From: a virus
Lineage: Duplodnaviria; Caudoviricetes
Direction: 5' to 3' (one strand)
IMG/VR virus record: IMGVR_UViG_3300049048_000078
Coordinates: 1-58,161 of that record
Length of the DNA: 58,161 nucleotides
Numbering within the stretch: the first letter of the stretch is position 1; each line of letters starts with the position of its first letter. Shown here one piece after another: positions 44,998 to 53,360 of the stretch. The position numbers and the translations under genes are program-made. The notes under the pieces are model-generated. The model made no database searches and was not told the origin of the DNA. It worked only from the letters and a program-made list of their open reading frames with translations.

Positions 44998-45260
44998 TAC
45001 TTGGTCCCTCCCTTGCTGATCGCAGCGCGGCGATCAGCGCTTGCTTGGCCGCGCTCGCGGTTTTCAAGGGTGATAGAGCCCAGCACGCGCGGCGCGATGC
45101 TGACCGTGGGCCGGCCGTTGACATCCAGCGCGCGCTGAACGTTGCCCTCGAAGGGAGCGGCGCTGCGATTGGTGCGGCGCGGGCACGCTGCGGGGATGTC
45201 CAAATCTGGTCCACGAGGGCGGACCGATTCAAAAGCGTTGGGGACTTTGGAGGTGGTCAT
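44997..45260 (-). CDS. Hypothetical protein, 87 aa
   Basis: ATGA and TAATG overlaps. Confidence 0.55.
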   Translation of the reverse strand: MTTSKVPNAFESVRPRGPDLDIPAACPRRTNRSAAPFEGNVQRALDVNGRPTVSIAPRVLGSITLENRERGQASADRRAAISKGGTK

Positions 45261-45634
45261 GCGGCACCCAGCCCTTCCATCTCGCGCATCATTTCGGCCA
45301 TCTTTGCCCGCATGGCCTGCAGCTTCTTGCTGCTGTCGTTGCGGGCATCGGCGGCCAGAAAGCGCTCAATCAGGTACATCACGGGCGCTGTGTCGCCGGT
45401 CTTCTCGATGTAGCGCTCAAGGGCATCCACGCTGAAATTGCGGCTCGGGTCTTCCGACAGCTGCACGGACAGGTTGCTGGGCGCTTGGTCCAGGTCGATG
45501 GCTACGCGCTTCAGGCCGCGCTGGTACACGCCGGTGGCGATGCACTCACGCAGGGAGCCGTAGCGCTCAGCAAGGCCTGGCTCAAAGTTCAGCGTCAGCT
45601 GGTCTTTGGAGGCACTGATAACGCTTGATGGCAT
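45257..45634 (-). CDS. CII-like regulator
   Basis: HTH-like GLKRVAIDLDQAPSNLSVQLS; position after cro; phased repeats at its start. Confidence 0.65.
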   Translation of the reverse strand: MPSSVISASKDQLTLNFEPGLAERYGSLRECIATGVYQRGLKRVAIDLDQAPSNLSVQLSEDPSRNFSVDALERYIEKTGDTAPVMYLIERFLAADARNDSSKKLQAMRAKMAEMMREMEGLGAA

Positions 45635-45680
45635 GTGTTATCTCCGGGTATCACTGGTTATCAATGGCGGGCCGAACAAT
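45617..45680 (+). promoter_or_regulatory. PRE-like, CII-activated promoter
   Basis: G(T/G)TATC at 45637, 45647 and 45657 (10-bp phase) plus an inverted copy at 45617; AACAAT -10 at 45675. Confidence 0.55.
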
Positions 45681-45891
45681 CGGCGCCATGAACACGAATC
45701 GAGAAACGCCCAGCACCGATGCGCTGAGCAGAGGTGAAGAAAAGCCCGCCGACGCCAGCGGCGCCGACGGGAAAGCCCGTGCAGGACTGAGAGAGCACGG
45801 GGGAGGAAAACGGGGTTGGGAGCCGGACTGGGACGGCTGGCTGGCTGAGAAGGCGGCGCGGCGCGCGGCAGCCCAGGGTGGCTGGCATGGC

Positions 45892-46572
45892 TCAGCCTTC
45901 TGCCTTGGCGGGCTCGGCTGCGGTGGCGGGCAACGCACAGCCATGGGCAAGACGCCAGTCCATTGCGTACTGCACCAACATGGGCTTACGCGACTCATAG
46001 GGAACGTCGCGGGCGATCAAGATGCCGTTGCGTTCCTCCAGATGAGCGAGCAGAGACAGGTCGCTCTGTGGCAGCGTGTCGCGCTCCAAGCCCTTGAATT
46101 CGCCGCACAGCACATAGTTGATGAGGCGTGCTTCATTGCTGTAGTGGTGGCGCGCGGTGGACTTGCCATGGTCTGCGCGCGAGAGCCTCAGCAGCTCGGC
46201 CATCACTTTGTAGCTGGCGGCGCATTGGTGGCGTTCGCGGCGCCAGTCAGCTTGGTACTGACCAGTTTTGCGGATGCTGGGCAGCACCGTGCCAGTCACC
46301 CACTTGCGGAAGCGCTTGGCCTCGGGCTTGCGGCTTCCGAGGATTGCTGCGTACAAGCCGGACTCGTTGATGACGGTGACGCCGCGCGGGCCAAAACCTA
46401 CGATTCGTCGGTTTTGCTTTTCGTCGTTGTCCAGACGGCGCGTCATGGCCTCGGCATCGCCATAGTCCAGCGCCTTGGCAATCTCCATAGCCACAAACCA
46501 AGGCTCGCCGTCGATCAGGGTCGCACTGATGCTGGTGTGCTCATCGAAATGGAAGAGCTGGATGGAGGTCAT
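45892..46572 (-). CDS. BRO-N domain antirepressor-like protein
   Basis: DGEPWFVA..IAKAL, INESGLY..I..SRKPEAKRFRKWV...VLPSIRKTGQY. Confidence 0.9.
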   Translation of the reverse strand: MTSIQLFHFDEHTSISATLIDGEPWFVAMEIAKALDYGDAEAMTRRLDNDEKQNRRIVGFGPRGVTVINESGLYAAILGSRKPEAKRFRKWVTGTVLPSIRKTGQYQADWRRERHQCAASYKVMAELLRLSRADHGKSTARHHYSNEARLINYVLCGEFKGLERDTLPQSDLSLLAHLEERNGILIARDVPYESRKPMLVQYAMDWRLAHGCALPATAAEPAKAEG

Positions 46573-46847
46573 GCCGCCTCCCCTGCCACCGTTGCAGCCA
46601 AGTCGAGCAACGGGCGCCCCTTGGGATGCGGCCACTGCGGATCGGCCACGCGCGACCAGTTCGCTTCAGGACAAAGATCCTCGACGGCAACGGAGCCCAA
46701 AGTTGCATGCTCAATTGCTGGAGCGCGATCAATCGGCGTTGGGCGCACACCGTTCGCCCACTGGCCGACAAGTTGGGCCGGGACGCCCAGAGTGACTGCA
46801 AGTTGTGACTTGCGCCCCCGTTCCGCGGTGTATTCATGGAGCTTCAT
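46569..46847 (-). CDS. Cro-like (YdaS-family) repressor, predicted leaderless
   Basis: SQLA..LGV....V.QWANG.RP.P..RA.AIE.AT.G.V..EDLCP. Confidence 0.85.
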   Translation of the reverse strand: MKLHEYTAERGRKSQLAVTLGVPAQLVGQWANGVRPTPIDRAPAIEHATLGSVAVEDLCPEANWSRVADPQWPHPKGRPLLDLAATVAGEAA

Positions 46848-46933
46848 AAGCGCCATCTTAAGCGCAACGCTTATTTTTAGTCAAGCGCCGCGCTTCTTCA
46901 TCTTTTTAAGCGCTCCGCTTCTAATCACTTCCA
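46848..46933. promoter_or_regulatory. OR region: three AAGCG-N3-CGCTT operators and PR
   Basis: Operators at 46860, 46883 and 46908; minus-strand TTGACT-18-TAAGAT with ATG 7 nt downstream. Confidence 0.8.
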
Positions 46934-47353
46934 ATGAAGACCGTCGCTGAGATCCGTCGAGAAAAGTTAGAAATGCTGGCGCAGGAACTGGGGACAGTTG
47001 ATGCTGTTGCGGAGAAGGCAGGTACCTCGGCGGTCTATCTGAGCCAGATCAAAAATCGTGCGGTGGACTCGAAGACCGGGCGCCCACGAGAAATGGGAAC
47101 CACCCTCGCTCGCAAGCTCGAGAGTGGTTGTGGGAAGCCACCAGGATGGATGGATACAGACCCAAGTCCTGCGAAAGAAGCTTCAAGCGCAGCCATAGCT
47201 CTGCAGGAATGGGCTGAAACGGCTAGCCCTCGCTCACGCGAAGTAATAGACCAGCTCCGAATGCTGGCGCAAAAGAATGCACTGGGGGATGAAGAGTGGG
47301 ATCTGATCAGCCAACTAGCACTGCGCTTTCAGTTGAAAGCGAAGAAGAAATAG
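46934..47353 (+). CDS. CI-like repressor without an S24 autopeptidase domain
   Basis: IRR..L..L, YLSQI, R.MG...ARKLE...GKP.GWMD; divergent from cro; only 139 aa. Confidence 0.85.
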   Translation: MKTVAEIRREKLEMLAQELGTVDAVAEKAGTSAVYLSQIKNRAVDSKTGRPREMGTTLARKLESGCGKPPGWMDTDPSPAKEASSAAIALQEWAETASPRSREVIDQLRMLAQKNALGDEEWDLISQLALRFQLKAKKK

Positions 47354-48195
47354 GCTCTGCCAACGACAGCACTTTCGGCCTGGCGCCAAAACCTGTCAGG
47401 GTGCTGCGGTTGAACCGTGGTGCCGAACGCATAGAGCGCGCGCGTGAGGAAAGCAAGGACGACGAGCTCTGGCTGGGCAGCGCTTACGACCCGAATGACG
47501 CCGACAGCGACGATATCGGCGTTTATGTTCGCATTGCCAACCCCATGCCCGTGGTCGCAGAACTGATGTGTGCGGTGATCGGCCGCTCCTTGGGCCTCCC
47601 TGTCCCCGAGCCTTTTCTGGTGAGCATTGACAAGGGGGGGCTTTCCGACTCTCGCCTGCTCCCCCAAGAGAAACCTGCCCTTGCCTTCGCCAGCCTGAAT
47701 GTGGGCGGGCAAACCTTCAGCCAGCTGCTACGCGGAGACAGCCCCACGATGCGGGCAATGCTCATGAAGTGGGAGCATATGATTCCAGTGGCCACCTTCG
47801 ACGAGTGGATGGCAAACAGAGACCGGAACCTCAGCAACATCCTCTTCGTGGCAAATGTGCTGTGGATCATCGACCACGCAGAGGCCTTCCATGGCAAAGC
47901 ACGCGGCCTGTTCGGGCTGTCCGAACTGATCGAAGATCCGAGTTCCAACGTCCTAGGGGACATCCTTGCCAAGTGCACCCCCGCTGAGTGCGCTGTTCAT
48001 TTGGAGGCGGCCCAGTCGTGGCTTTCCAAAACAGCCTTTCAAGTCGACATTCAGGAGGCTGCTACGTGTGCTGACATCGATCACTGGCAGACAGCCGAAC
48101 AGAAGGCGGAATTGCTAGACTTCGTCACCCAACGACTCACCCTCACGCACCGTCTGCTATGCACCCGTCTGGGCCACCCTCAGTTACTCCCTTGA
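47296..48195 (+). CDS. HipA-like kinase (start uncertain: 47296, 47401 or 47410)
   Basis: AELMCAVIGRSLGLPVP, FDEWMANRDRNLSNIL (catalytic loop), WIIDHAEAF. Confidence 0.85.
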   Translation: MGSDQPTSTALSVESEEEIGSANDSTFGLAPKPVRVLRLNRGAERIERAREESKDDELWLGSAYDPNDADSDDIGVYVRIANPMPVVAELMCAVIGRSLGLPVPEPFLVSIDKGGLSDSRLLPQEKPALAFASLNVGGQTFSQLLRGDSPTMRAMLMKWEHMIPVATFDEWMANRDRNLSNILFVANVLWIIDHAEAFHGKARGLFGLSELIEDPSSNVLGDILAKCTPAECAVHLEAAQSWLSKTAFQVDIQEAATCADIDHWQTAEQKAELLDFVTQRLTLTHRLLCTRLGHPQLLP

Positions 48196-49064
48196 TTCAC
48201 GCGATCTCCGCCAGGAGCGGGCGTGTCTCCGGCCAACGGGCGGTCATCGAGTTCTCCCCAAAACTGGTCTCTATTGAGAAGCTGTGCGCCGGCGTCGTCT
48301 TGCGCACAGACGGCGGGGATGTCGTCACTGGCTGCGCGCTGGACAAGCGCAAGCTTTCACATGCCTTCGGTGAGCCTGGAGTGGCGCTGTTCGAGATCGC
48401 CAATGTGCTCTGCGAGTCGTTGGCCATGCATTGGCGATCCACTGGGAGCGCCGAGGGATGGGTGCCCCCCTTTGAAGGTGCCAAGATCGCGCGCCTGAGC
48501 GAGTTCACCGCTAAGGATGCCGCGTCGGCAATCGCCCAGATCAACGACCACCACAGCACATTGAATACCCTCCTCCATGGGTACGAGATCACGGAAATTT
48601 CTCGTGCAACCAACATCGTGGAGCGAGTCCGCGGCGCGGTGAAGCGCGATGCCAATGCGCGGCACCTGGAGAAGCGTTTCAACCGGGTGCTGACCGTAGG
48701 CGCAGGAGCGGCGCCGATGCGGGTCGACTTCCTCGGTCAGAACTTTGCGTGCTACTTCATCCAGATCGTACGCAGCCCGCGCCACGGGGAGATGAACACG
48801 GAGCGCGCCCTTGGCAAGATCTACGAATTGGAGTTACTCCGTAAATTTGTCCACAAGCCTAAGAAGAGCCTTGGGCTGCTCGATGAAGAGCGTCCCCAGG
48901 CCTTCGAACTTGTGATGGTGGGCGACCGCAACAATGCCATTCAGCAGCGCATCGTGTACCAGATCGAGGCAATGGCTGACAGAAGCGCCGTTCGGGCTCG
49001 GCTGCTCCCAGACCCGACGACCGCTGCGGCGCATGTCTCAGATCGTGAGCGCCTGGCCGCGTAG
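48192..49064 (+). CDS. Kinase-associated protein (DUF3037-like N-terminus, nuclease-like C-terminus)
   Basis: TTGA overlap with the kinase stop; F.P...EKLCAGVV motif; later RVDF segment; domain calls by resemblance. Confidence 0.6.
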   Translation: MIHAISARSGRVSGQRAVIEFSPKLVSIEKLCAGVVLRTDGGDVVTGCALDKRKLSHAFGEPGVALFEIANVLCESLAMHWRSTGSAEGWVPPFEGAKIARLSEFTAKDAASAIAQINDHHSTLNTLLHGYEITEISRATNIVERVRGAVKRDANARHLEKRFNRVLTVGAGAAPMRVDFLGQNFACYFIQIVRSPRHGEMNTERALGKIYELELLRKFVHKPKKSLGLLDEERPQAFELVMVGDRNNAIQQRIVYQIEAMADRSAVRARLLPDPTTAAAHVSDRERLAA

Positions 49065-49344
49065 CCTCGGCACTGTTGCTGCATCCGTCGTTCTGAGCGT
49101 GGCGCTGGTCCCTGCGCATGCTCGAATCGAGCGAGACCGCGCCCAGGTGCGCGCGTTCCGCGCTGAGCACCCCTGCCCCGCCACGGGCCGCACGCGCGGC
49201 GCCTGCCCGGGCTGGCACGTCGATCATGTGATTGCGCTGTGCGCTGGAGGTCCAGATAGGCCAAGCAACATGCAGTGGATCACGCGAGAGGACCACCGCT
49301 TCAAAACGCTGGTGGATGTGAGGGAATGCCGGAAGGCCCGCTAA
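49033..49344 (+). CDS. Small HNH nuclease with a signal-peptide-like N-terminus
   Basis: HPCPATG..GACPGWHVDH...L..GG.D...NMQW....H..KT preceded by VAASVVLSVALVPAHA. Confidence 0.75.
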   Translation: MSQIVSAWPRSLGTVAASVVLSVALVPAHARIERDRAQVRAFRAEHPCPATGRTRGACPGWHVDHVIALCAGGPDRPSNMQWITREDHRFKTLVDVRECRKAR

Positions 49345-49543
49345 CTTCACCCATGCCTTCGCCAGCAGGGATGAACCCAGCAGAAGGGCCAAGCAGCTTC
49401 AGACTTTGCTTGATGCTCTTCACCTTTTTCTGCGCGTCGTTATCGTCAACGGCATAGAAGTTCAGCGCCCACTTCAAGCCGTCATGCTCGTATTCAAGGG
49501 CATAAAGTGTCTGGGCGTTCCACCCGCGAATGTGTTCTTTCAT
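49301..49543 (-). CDS. Hypothetical protein, 80 aa
   Basis: AGGAG Shine-Dalgarno; lower GC. Confidence 0.55.
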   Translation of the reverse strand: MKEHIRGWNAQTLYALEYEHDGLKWALNFYAVDDNDAQKKVKSIKQSLKLLGPSAGFIPAGEGMGEVSGPSGIPSHPPAF

Positions 49544-49554
49544 GAAGGGCTCCT

Positions 49555-49764
49555 ATGAAATTCGAGTACTACAACACTGGTCCGAAAGGCCTGCTGGCTG
49601 CGGCTTCCGGCGAAAGAGGAAGCTGGCGTTGGCGCTTTGTTGCGAACAACGGAGAGACCGTTGCCAGCGGCGAGGCTTACGTGAACAAAGCTGATTGCTT
49701 GAGAGCGATTGCACTGCTCAAGTCCACTCACGCACTTACGCCGGTGGTCGAAACGAACAGCTAA
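49555..49764 (+). CDS. DUF1508/YegP-family protein
   Basis: WRWRF.A.NGET.ASGEAY..K.DC..AI..LK. Confidence 0.85.
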   Translation: MKFEYYNTGPKGLLAAASGERGSWRWRFVANNGETVASGEAYVNKADCLRAIALLKSTHALTPVVETNS

Positions 49765-49784
49765 GACCGCCACAGCACAAACCC

Positions 49785-49810
49785 AAAACCGCCCATGAGG
49801 CGGTTTTTTT
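49785..49810 (+). terminator. Terminator closing the immunity operon
   Basis: AAAACCGCC-CATGA-GGCGGTTTTTTT. Confidence 0.85.
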
Positions 49811-49844
49811 GTCGCCCCGCCCAGGCTAGGCCCGGGATACAGTT

Positions 49845-49906
49845 TAGCGCCACGCCTAAATATATGAAGCGCCACGCTTGACTTTATTAAGCGCTACGCT
49901 TACAGT
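49845..49906 (+). promoter_or_regulatory. OL/PL: three operators and a strong sigma70 promoter
   Basis: TAGCGCCACGCCT (49845), AAGCGCCACGCTT (49867), AAGCGCTACGCTT (49889); TTGACT-17-TACAGT. Confidence 0.85.
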
Positions 49907-49944
49907 ACATCCCAACGCACCACCCAACCCCGGGCCGGTGCGGT

Positions 49945-50172
49945 GGAGAGAGCAGATAGGTGTGGCGGCGACGAAGCACGGGAAACCTGCAACGGGGTCG
50001 CAAGACAGCCGAGAAGCCGGGAGTCGATACCCGGGGAAGATTTGGAGTCCATGCCCCAGGCGGCGCGAAAGCGCGGGAGGCATGGCTTGTGGGGCACGTC
50101 AGACAGTGCCATAGCCGGGAATGGCCGTCCGGCCCACACCTACCTGCTCTCTCTCCGATCAACAAGGAGAGA
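49945..50172 (+). ncRNA. Highly structured PL leader RNA
   Basis: About 20-bp closing stem (49945-49965 with 50134-50156) enclosing five hairpins. Confidence 0.6.
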
Positions 50173-50174
50173 CC

Positions 50175-50366
50175 ATGCAGAACATTCACCCGACGATGCG
50201 CCCGTTCGTGGCGCCCTGGGCTCCAAAGGAGCCGGTAGACCCGCTCCAGGCCGCCCGCGCCGAAGACTGGGCAGCGGTCCAGCAGGCCGAAGCCCAAGAC
50301 CCTCGCCTGCTGCGCGCCCTGCGTGATCAGCAGCAGTACCTGCAGAACACGGGGGTGTTGTCGTGA
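50175..50366 (+). CDS. First PL gene, hypothetical, 63 aa
   Basis: AAGGAG Shine-Dalgarno. Confidence 0.7.
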   Translation: MQNIHPTMRPFVAPWAPKEPVDPLQAARAEDWAAVQQAEAQDPRLLRALRDQQQYLQNTGVLS

Positions 50367-50674
50367 AGGCACTTCGTGAATCGTTGGCGCGAGTGCGCGA
50401 AACGTGCCCTGCAGTTGACGGAGCTGCCAGCGCCTTTGCAAGCGCGGTCGAGAGCGACATCCGAATGCACTTGGATGTCCTGGTGACCAGCGTGAAAGTG
50501 CAGACAACCACTCTCCGCGACGCATTCATTGAAGCGCTGAACGAGCGCAATGAGGCCCGCGAAGAGCGCGACGCTGCACAAGCAGAAGTCGAATCCCTGC
50601 AGACCCAATTGGCCGAGCGCGACGCCCAGATTCAAGAACTGCGCGCTCAGATCCATGCACTGGAGGCCGCATGA
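50363..50674 (+). CDS. Hypothetical coiled-coil protein
   Basis: GTGA overlap. Confidence 0.7.
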   Translation: MKALRESLARVRETCPAVDGAASAFASAVESDIRMHLDVLVTSVKVQTTTLRDAFIEALNERNEAREERDAAQAEVESLQTQLAERDAQIQELRAQIHALEAA

Positions 50675-51039
50675 ACACCCCCCTCACCCCCCGCGACATC
50701 GCCGCCATGACGGCGCACGCCGCTGGCATCAAGGCTGAGAACGTGGCGCCGGTCATGCCGACCCTGCATGTGTTCTCGCAATACGCGGAGATCGAACTGC
50801 GTACCGCCGATGGGCGAACCGTCGCTGTTCTCAGCCAGCACTTCGCAAACATCGCCCGCCGTCTGGCGGCCTGCTGGAACGCTGCTGGTGACACGCCCAC
50901 GGAGACGCTGGAGTCCTGCGCGCATTGGTCCGACATCGTGAAGTCGCCATTGAGCCACCGCCAGCACATCCCAGCTGAGGCAGCCGCTGTCGGCGCTGCG
51001 CTGGATTCCGAATCTCTTGAACAAGGCGAGGTGCTGTGA
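50671..51039 (+). CDS. Hypothetical protein
   Basis: AN.ARRL.ACWNA motif; ATGA overlap. Confidence 0.7.
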   Translation: MNTPLTPRDIAAMTAHAAGIKAENVAPVMPTLHVFSQYAEIELRTADGRTVAVLSQHFANIARRLAACWNAAGDTPTETLESCAHWSDIVKSPLSHRQHIPAEAAAVGAALDSESLEQGEVL

Positions 51040-51278
51040 TGCCCCCACTTGAAAACATCAAATTCGCCGCTGCCGTCCTGGCGGTCGTGCTCGCCCTGGG
51101 CTGCGGCCATTACTTGGACGGTGCCCCATCCGACATGCAGGCTGAAGAAGCCACGGCCGCCAGCTTGCGCGATGCGCTCGCCCAGGCCCAAGCCGAGCGG
51201 CCTGACCTGTGGACGCCAGAGCGCCGTGCACGCGCCGCAGCGGCTGCTGGGCTGGTGGCACGGGGAGTGCAGCCATGA
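51036..51278 (+). CDS. Small membrane-anchored protein
   Basis: Hydrophobic N-terminus; coupled ORF. Confidence 0.6.
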   Translation: MMPPLENIKFAAAVLAVVLALGCGHYLDGAPSDMQAEEATAASLRDALAQAQAERPDLWTPERRARAAAAAGLVARGVQP

Positions 51279-52240
51279 GCGCAAACACCAAGATCGAATG
51301 GTGCGACCACACCTTTAACCCCTGGGAAGGCTGCCAGGAGACTAGCCCGGGTTGCAAAAACTGCTACGCCGAGGCACGCAACGCCCGCTTCGGCGGCGGC
51401 ACAGCCATCAACTTCGGCCCAGGCGCACCCCGCCGCCGCACCAGTGCCGCCAACTGGGCAATGCCCAAGCGCTGGAACGCCCAGGCCGACGCCTTCCTGG
51501 CCCAGCACGGCCGCCGCCAGCGGGTGTTCTGCGCCTCGCTGGCCGACGTGTTCGACAACGCGGTGGACCCGCAGTGGCGCGCCGACCTGTTCAGCCTGAT
51601 CCAGCAAACCCCCAACCTTGACTGGCTGCTGCTCACCAAGCGCATCGGGAACGTGCGTGGAATGCTCGCCGAACTGGCCCACGGCAGCGACCCCGACCTG
51701 ACGTTGCTGGACATGATGCCGCTGCCCAATGTGTGGCTGGGCGCGACCATCGTGAACCAGACCGAGGCCGACCGCGACATCCGCAAGCTGCTGGATGTGC
51801 CCGCGCGCGTGCGTTTCCTGAGCATGGAGCCACTGCTGGGCCCCGTGTCGTTCGAAGGTCTGTTCGCCGACCCGCACGACGTGCGCGACGGCACCAACAT
51901 GGTGGAGGCACTGGACTGGGTCATCGTCGGCGGCGAAAGCGGTCCTGGCGCCCGACCCATGCACCCCGACTGGGCCCGCAGCCTGCGCGACCAGTGCGAG
52001 GCCGCTTGCACGCCTTTCCTGTTCAAGCAGTGGGGCGAGTGGACTCCTGGCGAGAACGTTGAGCGCCAGCGCGGGACTGTGGATACCGCCTTCCTCCTTG
52101 AGGACGGCTGGCACATCTGCCCGCTGAACCTAGCGACCGATGACGGCCATATCGACGATGAGCCAGACCTCTATCGGGTCGGCAAGAAGGAGGCCGGCCG
52201 CCTGCTGGACGGCCGTACACACGACGACTTCCCAACATGA
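51275..52240 (+). CDS. Phage Gp37/Gp68 (DUF5131) radical-SAM-like protein
   Basis: TKIEW.DHTFNPW.GC...SPGC.NCYA, LLTKR, RFLS.EPLLG, WVIVGGESG, FKQWG. Confidence 0.9.
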   Translation: MSANTKIEWCDHTFNPWEGCQETSPGCKNCYAEARNARFGGGTAINFGPGAPRRRTSAANWAMPKRWNAQADAFLAQHGRRQRVFCASLADVFDNAVDPQWRADLFSLIQQTPNLDWLLLTKRIGNVRGMLAELAHGSDPDLTLLDMMPLPNVWLGATIVNQTEADRDIRKLLDVPARVRFLSMEPLLGPVSFEGLFADPHDVRDGTNMVEALDWVIVGGESGPGARPMHPDWARSLRDQCEAACTPFLFKQWGEWTPGENVERQRGTVDTAFLLEDGWHICPLNLATDDGHIDDEPDLYRVGKKEAGRLLDGRTHDDFPT

Positions 52241-52329
52241 AAGCCGGCCTCGCCTTCTCCGCCTGGCTCCTGGCCACTTCCGCTGCCCTCGCCTTCTACA
52301 TGGCGTGGGTGCATCAGCCCTTTCTCTGA
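52237..52329 (+). CDS. Unlisted 30-aa hydrophobic peptide
   Basis: MKAGLAFSAWLLATSAALAFYMAWVHQPFL; ATGA overlap. Confidence 0.45.
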   Translation: MKAGLAFSAWLLATSAALAFYMAWVHQPFL

Positions 52330-52352
52330 CACCTGAACCACTGAGGACCCAC

Positions 52353-53360
52353 ATGACCGCATCTACAACCACCGAACAACACGCGCTTGCCCTCAGCGGC
52401 GCCAGCAGCACAGGCCTGGTGCTCAGCAACGACACCATGGAGAAGGCCTTCCGCATGGCAGAGCTCATGGCTTCCGGCAAGAGCACGGTGCCCCGTCACC
52501 TGCAAGGTAGCCCGGCGGACTGCATGGCAGTCACGCTGCAAGCGCTGCAGTGGAACATGTCGCCCTTCGCGGTGGCGCAAAAGACTCACATCGTGAACGG
52601 CACGCTCGGCTACGAGGCGCAGCTGGTGAATGCAGTGCTGCAGTCCACTGGCGCCATCGTGGGCGAGTTCGAGTACGAATACCAGGGCACCGGGAACGAG
52701 CTGCAGTGCCGTGTCGGCGCGATCCCTCGCGGCAAGGGCGCAATCAAGTGGGGCGAGTGGCTGTCCATCAAGGACGTCACCACCAAGAACTCCCCGCTGT
52801 GGAAGACGAACCCCAAGCAACAGATGGGGTACCTGCAGGTCAAGAACTGGGCCCGCGCATTCAAGCCGGGCGCCATTTTGGGGGTCTACACCCCAGACGA
52901 GCTGGAAGTCTCCGGAGGCATCAAGGACATGGGCCCCGCCGACGAGGTGAAGCCGGAGCTCACCCCCTACCCCGCCGAGCAGTTCGCCGCAAACCTGCCG
53001 AAGTGGCGCGAGGTCATCCAGGGCGCCCGCAAGACGGCAGACGACCTGATCGCCTTCACGGAATCGCGCAACCCCAACACGCCGATGACCGAAGAGCAGA
53101 AGGCCACGTTGCGCGGCTTCAAGCCGGTGAAGAACGCGGCGGCCACCGATGTGCAGCCCAAGGGCGAAGCAGCAGCGCCAGCAGCTGAGCCGGGCCCCGC
53201 CATCACCTTCGGCGAGGCGAACGACAAGTTGAACGCCGCGAAGGATGTGGACGCCCTGAACGTGGCCGCCGACCTGATCGCCCAGGTGGCGGACGCACAG
53301 CAGCAGGCCGAGCTGAACGCGATTTACGAACAACGCAAGTTCGCGCTCGAAGCCGAGTAA
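52353..53360 (+). CDS. RecT-family single-strand annealing protein
   Basis: VP.HL.G.PADC.A...QA.QW.M.PFAVAQKT..VNG.LGYEAQLVNA, WAR...PGAILGVYTPDE. Confidence 0.88.
   Translation: MTASTTTEQHALALSGASSTGLVLSNDTMEKAFRMAELMASGKSTVPRHLQGSPADCMAVTLQALQWNMSPFAVAQKTHIVNGTLGYEAQLVNAVLQSTGAIVGEFEYEYQGTGNELQCRVGAIPRGKGAIKWGEWLSIKDVTTKNSPLWKTNPKQQMGYLQVKNWARAFKPGAILGVYTPDELEVSGGIKDMGPADEVKPELTPYPAEQFAANLPKWREVIQGARKTADDLIAFTESRNPNTPMTEEQKATLRGFKPVKNAAATDVQPKGEAAAPAAEPGPAITFGEANDKLNAAKDVDALNVAADLIAQVADAQQQAELNAIYEQRKFALEAE

Noticed and set aside
45661-45888. 75-aa minus-strand ORF after BRO
   Set aside because: Composition is not protein-like and it overlaps the PRE-like region; not supportable
45625-46950. 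441-aa plus-strand ORF across BRO and cro
   Set aside because: Mostly an antisense shadow in high-GC DNA; only the first ~65 codons after ATG 45688 might be a remnant gene
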